Shown here piece after piece: positions 45,003 to 56,482 of a DNA stretch of 64,000 nt; the first letter of the stretch is position 1, and each line of letters starts with the position of its first letter. The stretch lies in NCBI GenBank assembly GCA_964019335.1, contig OZ025718.1:1-64000 (forward strand). The letters run 5' to 3'. This DNA is from Diplonema japonicum (lineage: Eukaryota > Protista > Euglenozoa: Diplonemea). The position numbers were made by a program, and so were the translations under genes. Below the pieces are notes generated by a model. It made no database searches. It was not told the origin of the DNA and saw only the letters and a program-made list of their open reading frames with translations.

Positions 45003-48000
45003 TCACGCGTCAGTGTATTTGTTGGTATTCCCGCAAGCATGGCAATACGTTCCCAGCATAGGAGTGAAACAGTAATGGCACGTCGTGCCAGTGGACGCTG
45101 TGTCCATATCGAGGTCGACGTCTGTGGTGCTGGGTATGGGCGCAGCTTCCTTCACTGCCTCTTGGGTCGGATCAGCAAAAGTAGCAGCAATGGGGTTAGG
45201 AGGCGGAACAGCACTGCGTTGCGGCGGGGGCCTGTAGTCATAGAGAGTCTTGTGTGGCTCTTTCTTTTTGGTGACCAACGACCACATATTGAGCAGGCAC
45301 GCAACACACAACACACCATGACACACCAGGTAGACAATCAACAACCCTGACGCCAACTCGGTCTGCCAATACGACCCCTTCTCGTTGGACGACGTGGCAT
45401 ACAGATGCAGGAGCACAACTGCCGTCATCACCAGCAGCACATCGCAGATAACAACCAGCACAGCTTCCCCATGCCATAACCTCGCACCGATCACACTTGA
45501 CCCCACAGCATGAATGAACCAACACACAGCTATAAACACCAGCCTGGGTACTTTCGCGTCATCCAGACCTGCGAGCACTATGCTTGCCATGATCAGCAAG
45601 TACTCTACATACGACCATCTAAGGTAGTCCCCAAGGAGGTACTGGAACACTATGCCATGCATCTTCACAGTGTTACCCACCCACTGTTTCCCGCTCATTA
45701 ACCTCTTACTTGCTTTTACGTCTTCTACAGCCGCACTGTTGCCTCGCACTGCTTTTTCTGTTGCATATAACCACAGTCCACCTAACGCACATGCACAAGC
45801 TATGCCCCCAACGAGGGGGGCCGGTTCTGTGTCCCTAACTGCATAAAACAGCACACCACAGGTAAGATACATGAAGGGTGTCGCAGACAGGTTAGGGAAC
45901 ATGAGGAACACGGACGAGACACGCAAAGAAGTTCCAGACAATGCAGTATGTGCACACACTATAACAAAGTGCGCCCCTAGTATAAGCACCGCTAGGACTG
46001 CATGGTAAGCTGGGTTGACACCCCAGTTTATGACCCATTCGATGCCCTCCTGAACTCTGCTGAGCGACCCGTCGCAAGACACAGCGAAGCCCATTGCCAT
46101 AGCAGCCGCCAAAGGGGGGCCTGCTGCTATTGTTGCTGAGGAACAGAACGAGGCTGCCATTGCCAGTACCGTTGACAGCACCGACAGTACCAGAGCGGCG
46201 AGGAGCCACCCCTTACCGCCGGAGCATTGCTCCGCTTCTGCGGCAAGTTCACCAGCAATGCCAATCGTGATGTTGTTGATGCGCACCTCAGGGGGAATCG
46301 TGAGGGTGCTTAGGGCTGGTGCTAAGAGCACTTCGTCCAAGCTCAGAACTTCGGTTTCAGTTGGGTTATAAAGGGGGTCGGGGCCTAAGACAGCTACCAG
46401 CACCTTGTTAGACTCCTTTCCAATACTGAGCAGGCCATCCCTACTTGTGTAGCCGTTGGGGCCTGCGTATGAGGATGACAAAGAGCCTTTGACTTCGGAC
46501 GGTGCTTGAGGGGTCCATGTTGCGCCTTCTACAAGCAGCTTGAAGGTCACCTCTCTCGTGCGCACGTCTCTTGCAGTGGTCATGGCTCCCTCCACGTCCA
46601 CTACGGGGGAGGCTAGCATAGGTACCGTCAAAACGCGATCGAAGGCATTGCTGTCGTTGCTGAAAAAGTTCAGCGGGAGAGTCACTTCTAGCTTGGTGTC
46701 GACGCTGATGTTGAAGTTTTCGTTCTGGGGCAAAGACACACGTATGACATTGTCTTGCACGAGAGTACCGCTGCAAGGGACCTCTGAGTTGTAGCCATGT
46801 ACTCCACACGCAACACCCACCGCAGCAGCCGTGTTCCATGTGTTGTCAGTTGCCGTCAGGTCGATGTATAGGTCTTCCGTTCGCATGTAGTACTCGTTGA
46901 ACGAAGGCACGGCGGTGGTGTTTCTGTATGGCACTGCTGTCACCAGCTGGTTCTGCACAGTGAAGACTGTACTCTTGGTAGTGAGTACCTTGTTGTTGGA
47001 CAGTGTGGCTGTGGCAATGAGGTGATATGTAGAAGGCGGCAAGCCATCGGCAGAAACTGGAAACACGCCCAGCGGCAGAAAAGGTGTGAGCGTCATGAAG
47101 TGCGCCGTCTCGGCAGTCAGCAGGTTATATGAGTCGACCTTCAAGGTGGCGGTGTCCTCGTGCACATTATGCAAGTCATTTTGCAACTGGAACTCAGCAA
47201 CGACCCTGTCGCGCTCCACAACAGGCTGCTGTGACACAACAAGCTGTGTCGGGTACTCCGGCAGCACTAGAGGGTGGTACAGTTCGAAAAGCAGCGAAAT
47301 GATTGTTTTGTTATTCTCAATCTGTCCGTCAGTAGCCACCACTACCAGCTTCGTATCGTGCGGGAGGATGTCTTGAGCATCGCTTTTCTTCATAACAAAT
47401 ACGAGGTCCTTCCCACCGTATGCAGCTGGGTGGGCGTACCTACTGGTGCTACCTGACACACTCACGTTGCTGACATAAGCTGTCGCAGCAGCAGGCACTT
47501 CGACACTGAGGGACAGCGTCTGCGTCTCCACCTCGTCGAGGGGGCCGACAGAGATTTCGTCAAATACGTCCTTGACGCTGATTATGCACTGTGGGTCGTA
47601 GCAAACGGGAACTCTCACGGGAGCAGCAATATTCAGCAAGTTGTGGCTGATGGTCGTCTTGTTAAGTGTCATTGTAGGAGCATCGTTTACAGGCACCACT
47701 GTGATGTTCAAAGTAGACGTGTTTGACCGCAACCCTGTGGAGTTGTCTGCCTTCACACGGTCAACCGCCACAACACCAGACTGCGCTGCACCATTGGCAT
47801 TAGCCTTTAAGGTGAAGGTGAGTGTTCCTTCGGGGCTAATCTGAGGCAAGACATCAAAAATGCGCGTGTCATACGATGTGACCTCAAACGTCACGTACTC
47901 CGCGTCGTCCTCTTGGTACCCTGCTGTGATGTCCGTTGCAACTAAGTACAGCAAGTGCCCAAAAGGGGCAGAATCCTCCTTCACGATCACAGATGAAGGG

Positions 48001-50201
48001 AGAGCAAAGCTGGGAATGTCTTTAACATTTACGATAGTGACCAGGAATCTGCTGGACACCTTCTTATCACTGCCTCCTCTAGCTGTTCCACCGTTGTCCT
48101 GGCATGTGACCACCGCTTCTGTGCTGCCCTTAACGTTCGCTGCTGGGGTCATCACAAGCGCTCCGCGCGTATCGCCAAGATCCAGGTTTATCTTAGGGGC
48201 TCCTCCCAAGGGATGAAAAAGATCAGAGTTGTCGACGTCCACATTGCATAATATGCTCTGTGCTTCTTCATCTGGCTCAAACGGGCCTTTGGTTATATTT
48301 TGCAAAAACCACTTAATTTCGTTCCGCCCTGAGTCCTCAAAAACCTGCACAGGCTGTGTATGCATGACGAAGTCAGGCGCGTCGTTCACGGAGAGGATCT
48401 TGATATGGAGCTCGTGAGTCGGGCCTATATTAGGCGCGGGACCAGTGTCACTGATTGTGACATCGAAGTAGGTGTCTCCCACTTTGTTAGGCAGCGTCGT
48501 GAAAAAAACGTGTCCTGTGGCATCCACCTCTGGAGTGCCTGTGCTGGTGAAGATTGTCATGTCCCCTGATTTAGGCGTCACGGTGAAGACCAGTTCTTGA
48601 GCTTCACCTGTCTTCTCTCCTTCAGAGAAGACGCAGTTGTTGATAATACCTCCTATGCACAAGTTTGTAGCCCACGAGATTGGAGTCACAGGTTCGTCCT
48701 CCCATACCTGCACGACGCCCCCAGGCAGGAAGGACGGCAGGTCGTTCACTGGCACAATGGATATCACCAACGGTACCTCGTCCGACACCAGCGTACTGTG
48801 CGGTGCGGGTATCTTGTCCTCTAGCTTTACCTTCAGCGTAACCAGCTGGTGGAACGTGTTCGCATTTGCAAGTGGTTTGAAGCTCAGTCGTCCTGTCATG
48901 ACATCTATCGTCGGCTGCTGCTCGAACAGCCCCGACTGCGCTGGGTTCTCGTACGTGATGATGAAAGCTGTAAGCCCCTGCCCCGCGGACACCTCCTCGG
49001 GCGGGCCAGGGAGGATGTCCACGGCCCACAACTCGTCGTACAGGCCACTGTCCTCCTGGACGACGACAGAAGACTTCAAAGGTGTGAACACCGGTGGGTC
49101 GTTGACCTCCGTGATGGTGACAGTGATGTACTGTGTGGGGAAGGACATGGGAGGGTGCCCTCCGTCGGTTAGTGTCACAGCGATAGAAACGACACCCACC
49201 TTATTGGGGGCAGGCACGTAGCACAGAGAAGCAGTCGTGTCGCCCTGCGAGTGGAGGATGTAAGGAGGTGTCGTGAAGAGCGAGGTTTGTGGAGTGGTGA
49301 TGCTCCAATAGACAGGCTGGTAGTCGGGCTGCATGAAGCCCTCCCCGGGGCCTGGGGTGATGGATGTGGCCCAGCGGTCATGGCAGGTGGCCTGGTCTTC
49401 AGGTGAGGTCACGTCGCCCCTGTGGTTGAAGGAAGGGGGGTCGTTGACAGGGAGCACTTCGATCCAGAAGTACTGCGGGTCGCTGTTTGTGCAAATGGCA
49501 GGGTTGCAAGGAACCTCCACACATTTGTTGCCCATGGGGTCAAGGGGGGGGCCGTCGCAGACAGGGCGTTCGTATCCATCATCAACGGCGATGACTTCGA
49601 CAAGGGCCTTGCCGTACTGGTTGGGGGCGACAGAGAAGTGCAAGCTGCCTGTTGTGATAGGGGATCCGGTAGTGCCGCCGCACTTAGATGTGGAACAACC
49701 GATGATGTGCGGCTGGGCATCGAAGAGGAGGTTGTTGTCGTTGGTGACCTTGAACCGCACGCTCTGCGTGAAGCCGTTGTTGTCGTTGATGTCGATGACG
49801 TACTGGTCGCCATCGAGGTACACACCGCTGTCTTCGTAAACAGTCACATCCATGCCCCTCACAAGGAAGGAAGGGTTGTGGTTCCCTGTCACTGCAGGGT
49901 TTGACAAGAACACGTGAGACAGCGGCTGTGCGGCCCTACTCGCTGAAGAGTGGCCCACCTCAACACCATCTACACACACATGCAGCTCATGCAGCTCGCT
50001 CCCTTCCCCTCCCCGCCTAACTATCATTTCACTGTACCCCGTTTTTACATACACAGCATTGCTGTGCTCATCCCCACACACACTCACCTTCCCACTCCCG
50101 GGCACGAATACCACTATGCCTTCTGCTACATAGCTGTAGTCATAATACTTGGTCATCCCTGCCTCTACAAGCAGGGTGAATGTCATCACCCATGGGAGCA
50201 T
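45003..50201 (-). CDS. Large surface protein with tandem cadherin-like (VNDxPxF..ED) repeats and multi-TM C-terminus
   Basis: Signal peptide, ~7 repeats of ~120 aa, several TMs, terminal CxxC..CxxC. Confidence 0.88.
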   Translation of the reverse strand: MLPWVMTFTLLVEAGMTKYYDYSYVAEGIVVFVPGSGKVSVCGDEHSNAVYVKTGYSEMIVRRGGEGSELHELHVCVDGVEVGHSSASRAAQPLSHVFLSNPAVTGNHNPSFLVRGMDVTVYEDSGVYLDGDQYVIDINDNNGFTQSVRFKVTNDNNLLFDAQPHIIGCSTSKCGGTTGSPITTGSLHFSVAPNQYGKALVEVIAVDDGYERPVCDGPPLDPMGNKCVEVPCNPAICTNSDPQYFWIEVLPVNDPPSFNHRGDVTSPEDQATCHDRWATSITPGPGEGFMQPDYQPVYWSITTPQTSLFTTPPYILHSQGDTTASLCYVPAPNKVGVVSIAVTLTDGGHPPMSFPTQYITVTITEVNDPPVFTPLKSSVVVQEDSGLYDELWAVDILPGPPEEVSAGQGLTAFIITYENPAQSGLFEQQPTIDVMTGRLSFKPLANANTFHQLVTLKVKLEDKIPAPHSTLVSDEVPLVISIVPVNDLPSFLPGGVVQVWEDEPVTPISWATNLCIGGIINNCVFSEGEKTGEAQELVFTVTPKSGDMTIFTSTGTPEVDATGHVFFTTLPNKVGDTYFDVTISDTGPAPNIGPTHELHIKILSVNDAPDFVMHTQPVQVFEDSGRNEIKWFLQNITKGPFEPDEEAQSILCNVDVDNSDLFHPLGGAPKINLDLGDTRGALVMTPAANVKGSTEAVVTCQDNGGTARGGSDKKVSSRFLVTIVNVKDIPSFALPSSVIVKEDSAPFGHLLYLVATDITAGYQEDDAEYVTFEVTSYDTRIFDVLPQISPEGTLTFTLKANANGAAQSGVVAVDRVKADNSTGLRSNTSTLNITVVPVNDAPTMTLNKTTISHNLLNIAAPVRVPVCYDPQCIISVKDVFDEISVGPLDEVETQTLSLSVEVPAAATAYVSNVSVSGSTSRYAHPAAYGGKDLVFVMKKSDAQDILPHDTKLVVVATDGQIENNKTIISLLFELYHPLVLPEYPTQLVVSQQPVVERDRVVAEFQLQNDLHNVHEDTATLKVDSYNLLTAETAHFMTLTPFLPLGVFPVSADGLPPSTYHLIATATLSNNKVLTTKSTVFTVQNQLVTAVPYRNTTAVPSFNEYYMRTEDLYIDLTATDNTWNTAAAVGVACGVHGYNSEVPCSGTLVQDNVIRVSLPQNENFNISVDTKLEVTLPLNFFSNDSNAFDRVLTVPMLASPVVDVEGAMTTARDVRTREVTFKLLVEGATWTPQAPSEVKGSLSSSYAGPNGYTSRDGLLSIGKESNKVLVAVLGPDPLYNPTETEVLSLDEVLLAPALSTLTIPPEVRINNITIGIAGELAAEAEQCSGGKGWLLAALVLSVLSTVLAMAASFCSSATIAAGPPLAAAMAMGFAVSCDGSLSRVQEGIEWVINWGVNPAYHAVLAVLILGAHFVIVCAHTALSGTSLRVSSVFLMFPNLSATPFMYLTCGVLFYAVRDTEPAPLVGGIACACALGGLWLYATEKAVRGNSAAVEDVKASKRLMSGKQWVGNTVKMHGIVFQYLLGDYLRWSYVEYLLIMASIVLAGLDDAKVPRLVFIAVCWFIHAVGSSVIGARLWHGEAVLVVICDVLLVMTAVVLLHLYATSSNEKGSYWQTELASGLLIVYLVCHGVLCVACLLNMWSLVTKKKEPHKTLYDYRPPPQRSAVPPPNPIAATFADPTQEAVKEAAPIPSTTDVDLDMDTASTGTTCHYCFTPMLGTYCHACGNTNKYTDA

Positions 50202-50784
50202 TGTGCATTCCTGATGTGTTATGTGAGGTTTTGTAAAGGGGGGGGGGGGGGGACGAATGCAAAAAAGGTTGTACTTCAGGATCTGCCTCGTTTGCCACAT
50301 TCTTTTTTATCTCCCGTTAACTGTGTTGCGGTAGGCACGAAAAGTGCCTTTGGCCACATGCAACAATTGCATGATGGGCCAAGGACGGATTCATATACAG
50401 AAAAGAAATCGACATCCCCCCCTTTTTTTTTCTGTTTTTCTTTTTTTTTCTTGTTGAAAAGAAAAGATAGAACCACAAGATGACGTCGTCTCGGGCAAGT
50501 ATTCGAAAGGAAAAAGGAAAAAAAAAAAAAAAAAAAAACATACACACAAACTCACATGCGGTTATTTGTCCCTACTTTGTAACCTAAGGCCAGCCAGTCA
50601 GAAACATGAGTCGAATCTTTTCTTAAACTGACAAAAAAACACGAGGTTTTTAAAAGATGAGATGAAAAGTGAAGAAAGAAAAAAAAAATTAAATATTCAC
50701 AGCTTTTAAAAATACACTTACTTCTCCTTTTGGTGATAGTAATATTTGTCATTCTTTCTTTTCTTCTTCTTCTTCTTCTTTTTC

Positions 50785-50817
<33 letters not shown>

Positions 50818-51528
50818 CGCCTTTTCCTTGCCCGAGTGCCCCATATCCCCTTCCGTTTCTCGTCGGATGCAGAGGAGTCAGAGGGGCAGATCGGGGAGGG
50901 GAAAAGAAGGAAACGTTGATAAAAAATCGATCTCTTAACGTTAAGGCGACAAGTCAAACAGCGCTCAGTACGTCCACCACAGTTCTCCAAGTGTACCATA
51001 AGTGCTCGGGGGGAGGGGGCGTGCAGTCGAACGACACATTGGACATGGCGTGCCTGGTCCCCGTTTCCTTGCGGTAGGTCTGTCTGTGCCTGTGACAGTT
51101 GCTCTGCAGCTTAGTGCAAATAAAAATAGCTGATAACAGCCGGGCCAAAGTATCGAGCAACCGTCGCCCTGACACAGACCTTCCTGTAAATGACTCGCTT
51201 AAGGGGAGTGTCGTTACGCACCTAGACCCGGCCAAAGGTCTTACTGTCCCTTTATTTAAAAAAAAAAAAGGAAACTAAAGAACACCACACAATAAAAAAG
51301 AGAGATATTTAAGGGTACCTGCGATATGTGGCAGGGTGCCAAAAAAAAAAAAAAAAAAAGAAATATGAGGGCTAGGCTAAAGAGAAAGTTGAATATGTGT
51401 TTGCACAATTCGTAAGCATTGAGAATGAAAAAAGAGGAACTAAAAAAGATGTCTTTGAAGGGAACCTGCAGTATGTGACAGGATCGCCTGGAAAAAAAAA
51501 AAAAAAAAGACCTTATGGACCTTTTGTA

Positions 51529-53310
51529 TCACTCAGCCATGTACATGAAGCGATCAGTCACAACATTCTCATCCATTCCCAACAGGGATGGGAGACCGTG
51601 GAAGACGCATGCCGGAAGGATATTACCCGTGTTGGGGGAGGCTGCCAGCCGCATAGCGATGAAGTTAGCCAGGACGGGGTTTGCTTTTTTGATGTGGTGC
51701 TCAAGAATCTGTGCCTCAGAAGCTGTAAGCAGCCCTGCCTCTTCCATCTTACCAAACTGGACGACCATAGGCGTGCAAGGCACGGGGTAGTCCGAGCCAT
51801 AAATAAGCCTGTGGTGTATGTTTGCCTGATCCAGTACTTTCACGAAGTAAGGCAACCGCTTGAAGCATGTCAGTGCGGAGATGTCTGCGAACAGCAGGTT
51901 CTCGTACTTCACATCGCGCATCAACCGCAGGAAGAGGTCGAAGCACGGTACCCTGTGGCGCTTCTTGCTGTCCAAGTCGACTGCCGTTCCATCGCTTGCA
52001 CAGTGCGACAGTATGACGCGGACACCCCTGTCGAGAGCCTTGCGCAGAAGCAACGGGTTCCCCAGGTCGTCGTCTACACCACAGAACGTCACAGAAGATT
52101 CGGCACCCACGTGGCATAGGAGCGTCATGCTGAGCTCGCGCATTGCCTCGTAGAACGGTACGCACAAAGGTGACGACGGGTCGATGAATTGTGAGTTGGG
52201 AAGCCACTTCACCATCCGCACACCAGCATCCCTGCACCTCCTCAGCGCCTGTACTGCGTCCTTTCTGTACGGGTGAACAGAGCACGCTGGGATCATGTCA
52301 GGGTACTTCCTGCACTCGGAGATAACATGGTCGTTCGGGACGTACATTGCAGTCTTCTTCGGAAGCATCTTCCCCGCCTCGCTGTACACCGCGTCCATGG
52401 GGAGCAGCACCGTCTTCACCATGCGCGAGGGAACCAACTTTGCGATCCCGCCGTTCAGATGCGACAGCCTGCTGACCATCTCGTAGTCGAGCCCGTCCTG
52501 CGAGAGGTCCGACACACCGAGGCCCTTCATGAAGAGCATTTGTTTGATTTTATTGACCGGGTGGAGCCAGGAGAAGGCGTCTTGATGGATGCAGCATCCC
52601 GTGACGCTCCTCTGTATGCCGACACAGTGAGCGTGGAAGTCGTAGATGGGTGTGCTGCCCAGGCCTTTGAGGGCCTTTTCGATGATGGGGAGTGTGATGT
52701 CGGAGAGGGGCTTCTTAGCGTCGAGGGTGAAGTTATCGTTGACAGGAGTGCAGAGAGGAGAGAGGGGGATGTCTTCGGCCGTTAGAAGGAAGTCCTGCAG
52801 GTTGGAGGGGTACTGGGTGATGATGTCCTCGTCGGAATCGTCAGGGTTTGCAGAGACGTTGGTGAGCTGCTCGAACATGTTGAGGCAGTCCTCGTGGGTG
52901 CCGGTGATGATGGTGATGGACTCCTCTGCCGTGTCGAACCACAGCTTCGAGTAGAGAAGAGACGAGATCCCGAGGTAGCCTCTTTTGTGGTCTAACATGA
53001 CGTACTCCCACTTGTGGATGCTTGCATGGCTTCGTGTGACCCATCCGGGTAGCACCTTTCCTATCTGTTCCACCATTTTCATATCTTCCTCTTTTAGCTC
53101 CCCCTTGTGGACCATCCCCATGTATATCTTCTTAGCCGTGCCTGAGCCTCCCAAGTATATTACTCGGCTCTCCTTTTCAGTGTCTAGCCAGACCTTGTTC
53201 AGTAGTAAGCTACTCCAGCCGAGGTATACCATCTTCCCGTCAAGCGTTGTCTCTGACACTGAGATGATAGATGCATGCCTGCAGCGGACTGCATCCGGTA
53301 GGCTTGACAT
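51529..53310 (-). CDS. Amidohydrolase_2-family metallohydrolase with duplicated N-terminal module
   Basis: DFHAH, SVHPYR, KWLP, HVG.E, SHCA, ADIS and YGSDYP motifs. Confidence 0.9.
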   Translation of the reverse strand: MSSLPDAVRCRHASIISVSETTLDGKMVYLGWSSLLLNKVWLDTEKESRVIYLGGSGTAKKIYMGMVHKGELKEEDMKMVEQIGKVLPGWVTRSHASIHKWEYVMLDHKRGYLGISSLLYSKLWFDTAEESITIITGTHEDCLNMFEQLTNVSANPDDSDEDIITQYPSNLQDFLLTAEDIPLSPLCTPVNDNFTLDAKKPLSDITLPIIEKALKGLGSTPIYDFHAHCVGIQRSVTGCCIHQDAFSWLHPVNKIKQMLFMKGLGVSDLSQDGLDYEMVSRLSHLNGGIAKLVPSRMVKTVLLPMDAVYSEAGKMLPKKTAMYVPNDHVISECRKYPDMIPACSVHPYRKDAVQALRRCRDAGVRMVKWLPNSQFIDPSSPLCVPFYEAMRELSMTLLCHVGAESSVTFCGVDDDLGNPLLLRKALDRGVRVILSHCASDGTAVDLDSKKRHRVPCFDLFLRLMRDVKYENLLFADISALTCFKRLPYFVKVLDQANIHHRLIYGSDYPVPCTPMVVQFGKMEEAGLLTASEAQILEHHIKKANPVLANFIAMRLAASPNTGNILPACVFHGLPSLLGMDENVVTDRFMYMAE

Positions 53311-55382
53311 GCTGCCTGTGATGTGTGATTTTATTGCAAAGTGGAAGATATCTGAGAAAAAAATAAAGTATTAGAAAGGAAGAGAAGAAAAAAAAAAAAG
53401 AAAGAGTGTGTTAAGTTTTCGGTCGGTTCAAAAAAAGTGAAAAAAGTGAGGGGGGGGGGGGGGGGTCCTCTTATATTCCTCCAAACACTCATATGGAGAA
53501 AATGAGTGTGTTTTGTTCGCAAACTGGACTTCTTTTTTAGAAATATCTAGGATTCTTTTTTAACAGCAGGCATAAAATAAAAGAAAAAAAATAAAATAGA
53601 CCCCGTTCAGCAGTTTCAAATGTGATCTGGTTGATGCCTTCTCATCCAAAATCACACCATAAATACGTCCCCACCTTCCCGTTTTCTTTTTTTCTTTTTG
53701 TTCGGCGGTGTTTTTGGCAGAGAGTGTCACCATACCAAAAGCCGAAGTGGAGATTAAAAAAAAAAAAAAAAGGTAAAGGAACAAAAATCAAAGGTACACG
53801 CCACACTGAGTTGAAGGGGTTTTCTTTTTTTTTTCTCGATTGTTTTCATAGTTTTTCTTCTTTTTCTTTCCTCTTCTCATTTGTTTGAAATTTTCTTTTC
53901 CTCCCTATTCCTTCAAAGCAGCCGCAGCATCCACATAAGAATGGAAACATAAAAAAAAGAAAAAAAAAGAGAAGAGAAAAAAAAGAGAAAAATAGGTGCA
54001 CTCGTGAACGAAAAACAGGGGGGGTGTCTGCAAGCTATCTTTGCTAGGAATAATGAAGAATAGAACTTTAAAAAAAAATTAAAAGAAACTTCTCACTTTT
54101 CTTTCTTCTTTTCTTCTCTCATACACTTCTACCTGAGTTTTTTTTTTTTTTTTTTTTTTTGCCAGCTACCGTTCAAAAAGTCAGAATAGGTAAACATGGT
54201 ACAAGTAACATAATATATTGCAAGTAAAAAAAAAAAAAAAAAAAAAAAAACTGACTTGCAGGAAAAAAGCGTAGAGCATATGGTTTTTCGAACCATCTTA
54301 CTTAGGTAACTGTAGGAATGGGGGGGGAGGGGGGGGTGACAAATGGATCAAGGTGTGTACTTTCTTATAAGGAAAGCATCCTTTTTTCTGTAATGAAACA
54401 GAAAAGAATGAAATGAAACTCGTTTGGACAGGGGAAAAAAAAAAGAAGAAGAGAGGCTTCAGAAAGAATCAGGTCAAACGAATTTACTACAAATTATCGA
54501 AGGCGCATTTCTTTTTTTTTTTTCCCTTCTAGTTTTCTTTTTTTTTTTGTTTGTTTGTGTGCAAAAATCCCAACAGGTCTTTGTTGCGAAATATGGGAAT
54601 ATGGACAACGAATAATTTAAACTTTTTTTTAAAAAAATGCGGATTTTTGGGGTTTTAAAAAAAAAAAGAAATATAGAGAGCCACTAATTGCATGCTAGCA
54701 GGATATACTTCCCAAGCCTTTCCCACTGGCTAACAAAATGAAGAGAAGAAGGGGAGGGAGGGGGGATGACAGCACTGCCGAAAAAGAGGACAGGCCGCTG
54801 TGTGTACGTGCCTGGGTAGAAATCTGGAGAAGGTTTCTAAACCCCCACAAACACGTGGCCACACCATTCCCCCCTTATACAGACAAAAAAGTCGTTAAAA
54901 AGAAGAAGAAAAAAAGAATGAAAAGAAGGAAGGAAGAAAGGAAGGAAACTCGCTAATAGGAAGGAAAAAAAAAAAGAGAGAGAGACTTATGCATACCCAC
55001 ATTGAGGGATACGCCCATCTGCACGCACAACGGGGGTCTTTTTCGTTTCTTATCTTTTTGCAGGAGGGGGGGAACACTTTTTTTCCCTTTTTTTTTCCTC
55101 ATCTTATTCTTTTTCTTTCTTCGTTTTTTTTTTCCCCCACCCTCTTAATTATTTACCTAAAAAAAAAAAAAAAATGAAAGCAGTCAGATCGGTGAGCGAT
55201 TACTTGACCACACAACTTAAAGAGCAACAACAAACTCACACAACAAAGCCACGACAAATGTCTACAGTAAAAAAAAAAGAAAAAAAGAAATTCGGTTTCA
55301 CGCTCCGGAAAAGCCGCTCTCTTAATGTAAAACACGACGGAAAGATAAAAAAAAAAAATGGATCTTACAAAAATGACTATAT

Positions 55383-56098
55383 GAGCTCGTCCGGACGGAA
55401 ATGTCAACACTTCTTTGGGCACCTCTGAAAATTTCTTGTTTTGATTATTTGAGCAAAAAAAGGGCAGCATGAAACCATAGGAAGATGACATACATGGTGT
55501 ACATGACGCCGTTCTTTCAATTGCGATGCTTGTTTTGCCATGAGGGTGGCAGGCTTTGCAACCGGCTGCCCCCGGGAAGCGAAAAATAGAGGTCAAAAAA
55601 ACGGCGAAAAATGTTTAAAATGCAATTTTATTGCTTAAAATGCAGCATCTAGGGTGCATAAAATTGGTGTTCAAGCGCACTTGTGACCCCTGGGTACAAC
55701 CCAGGGTCGGGTTGCTGTTAAAAAGTACTTAGCGAAAAATATATGGTGTTGTATAGCCCCCGAAAATCCGGTTTTTTTACACCCTATTTTTTGGCTTTTT
55801 TTTCTGCGTCCATTCTTCCTGTCGCTTTTCACGGAAAAACGAAAATAAAAAATGGAGTCCGGGTTATTTGTAACTTCCAAATTGAATCGTTTGCCAAAAA
55901 CCATTCTAAAAAACATGTTTTTGCACGTGCGTTTTAAAAATAAAACAAACGGCGAGCATTTTGACCTATATGGTGTTCAAGCTTAGACTGCATTTCTGCA
56001 CACAAAGTGGTGTCGGACTACTCTTTTACTTAGAAATCTAACGGGGGTTTTTCGCCGCATAAGAGGGTCTTTTGTTGACATTTTTTTCGGACGAGCTC
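55383..56098. mobile_element. MITE-like non-autonomous element (716 bp)
   Basis: Bipartite TIR GAGCTCGTCCG-N4/5-AAATGTCAACA at both ends. ATAT on both flanks. No coding capacity. Confidence 0.85.
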
Positions 56099-56482
56099 AT
56101 ATTCTTCCGAAGTCACGGCGTTGGGTTGCGGCTCGCTTTTTTAAACAAGAAAAGGGGGCTACTTTTCTTTAATACCATATTTACTATAATTGAAAGTGCT
56201 GCTATGAAACATTGAGAACATTGAGTGCAAAAAATCTAAAGAAAGAAATGAGCCCACTCAAATTGGGGGAATTTCTTCCCCCTCTGTGAGCAGTGTGGAG
56301 TCGTATAGGGGAAAAAAAAATAATAATAATTCACAACTATGTTAAAGCAAACGACTCTTTCAAGAAAAAAAAAAAGAGGGAAACAAGAAAAAAAAACAGT
56401 GGGGACCCACCCCCTCCTTTTTTCTCCCAACATTTTTTTTTCCCCCCTTTTTCTGCAGCTACAAAAAAAAAAAAATTATACT

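Noticed and set aside
53320-55380. Short ORFs in A/T homopolymer-rich spacers (also 1-450, 7100-8200, 28400-29450)
   Set aside because: Poly-K/F translations of low-complexity DNA.
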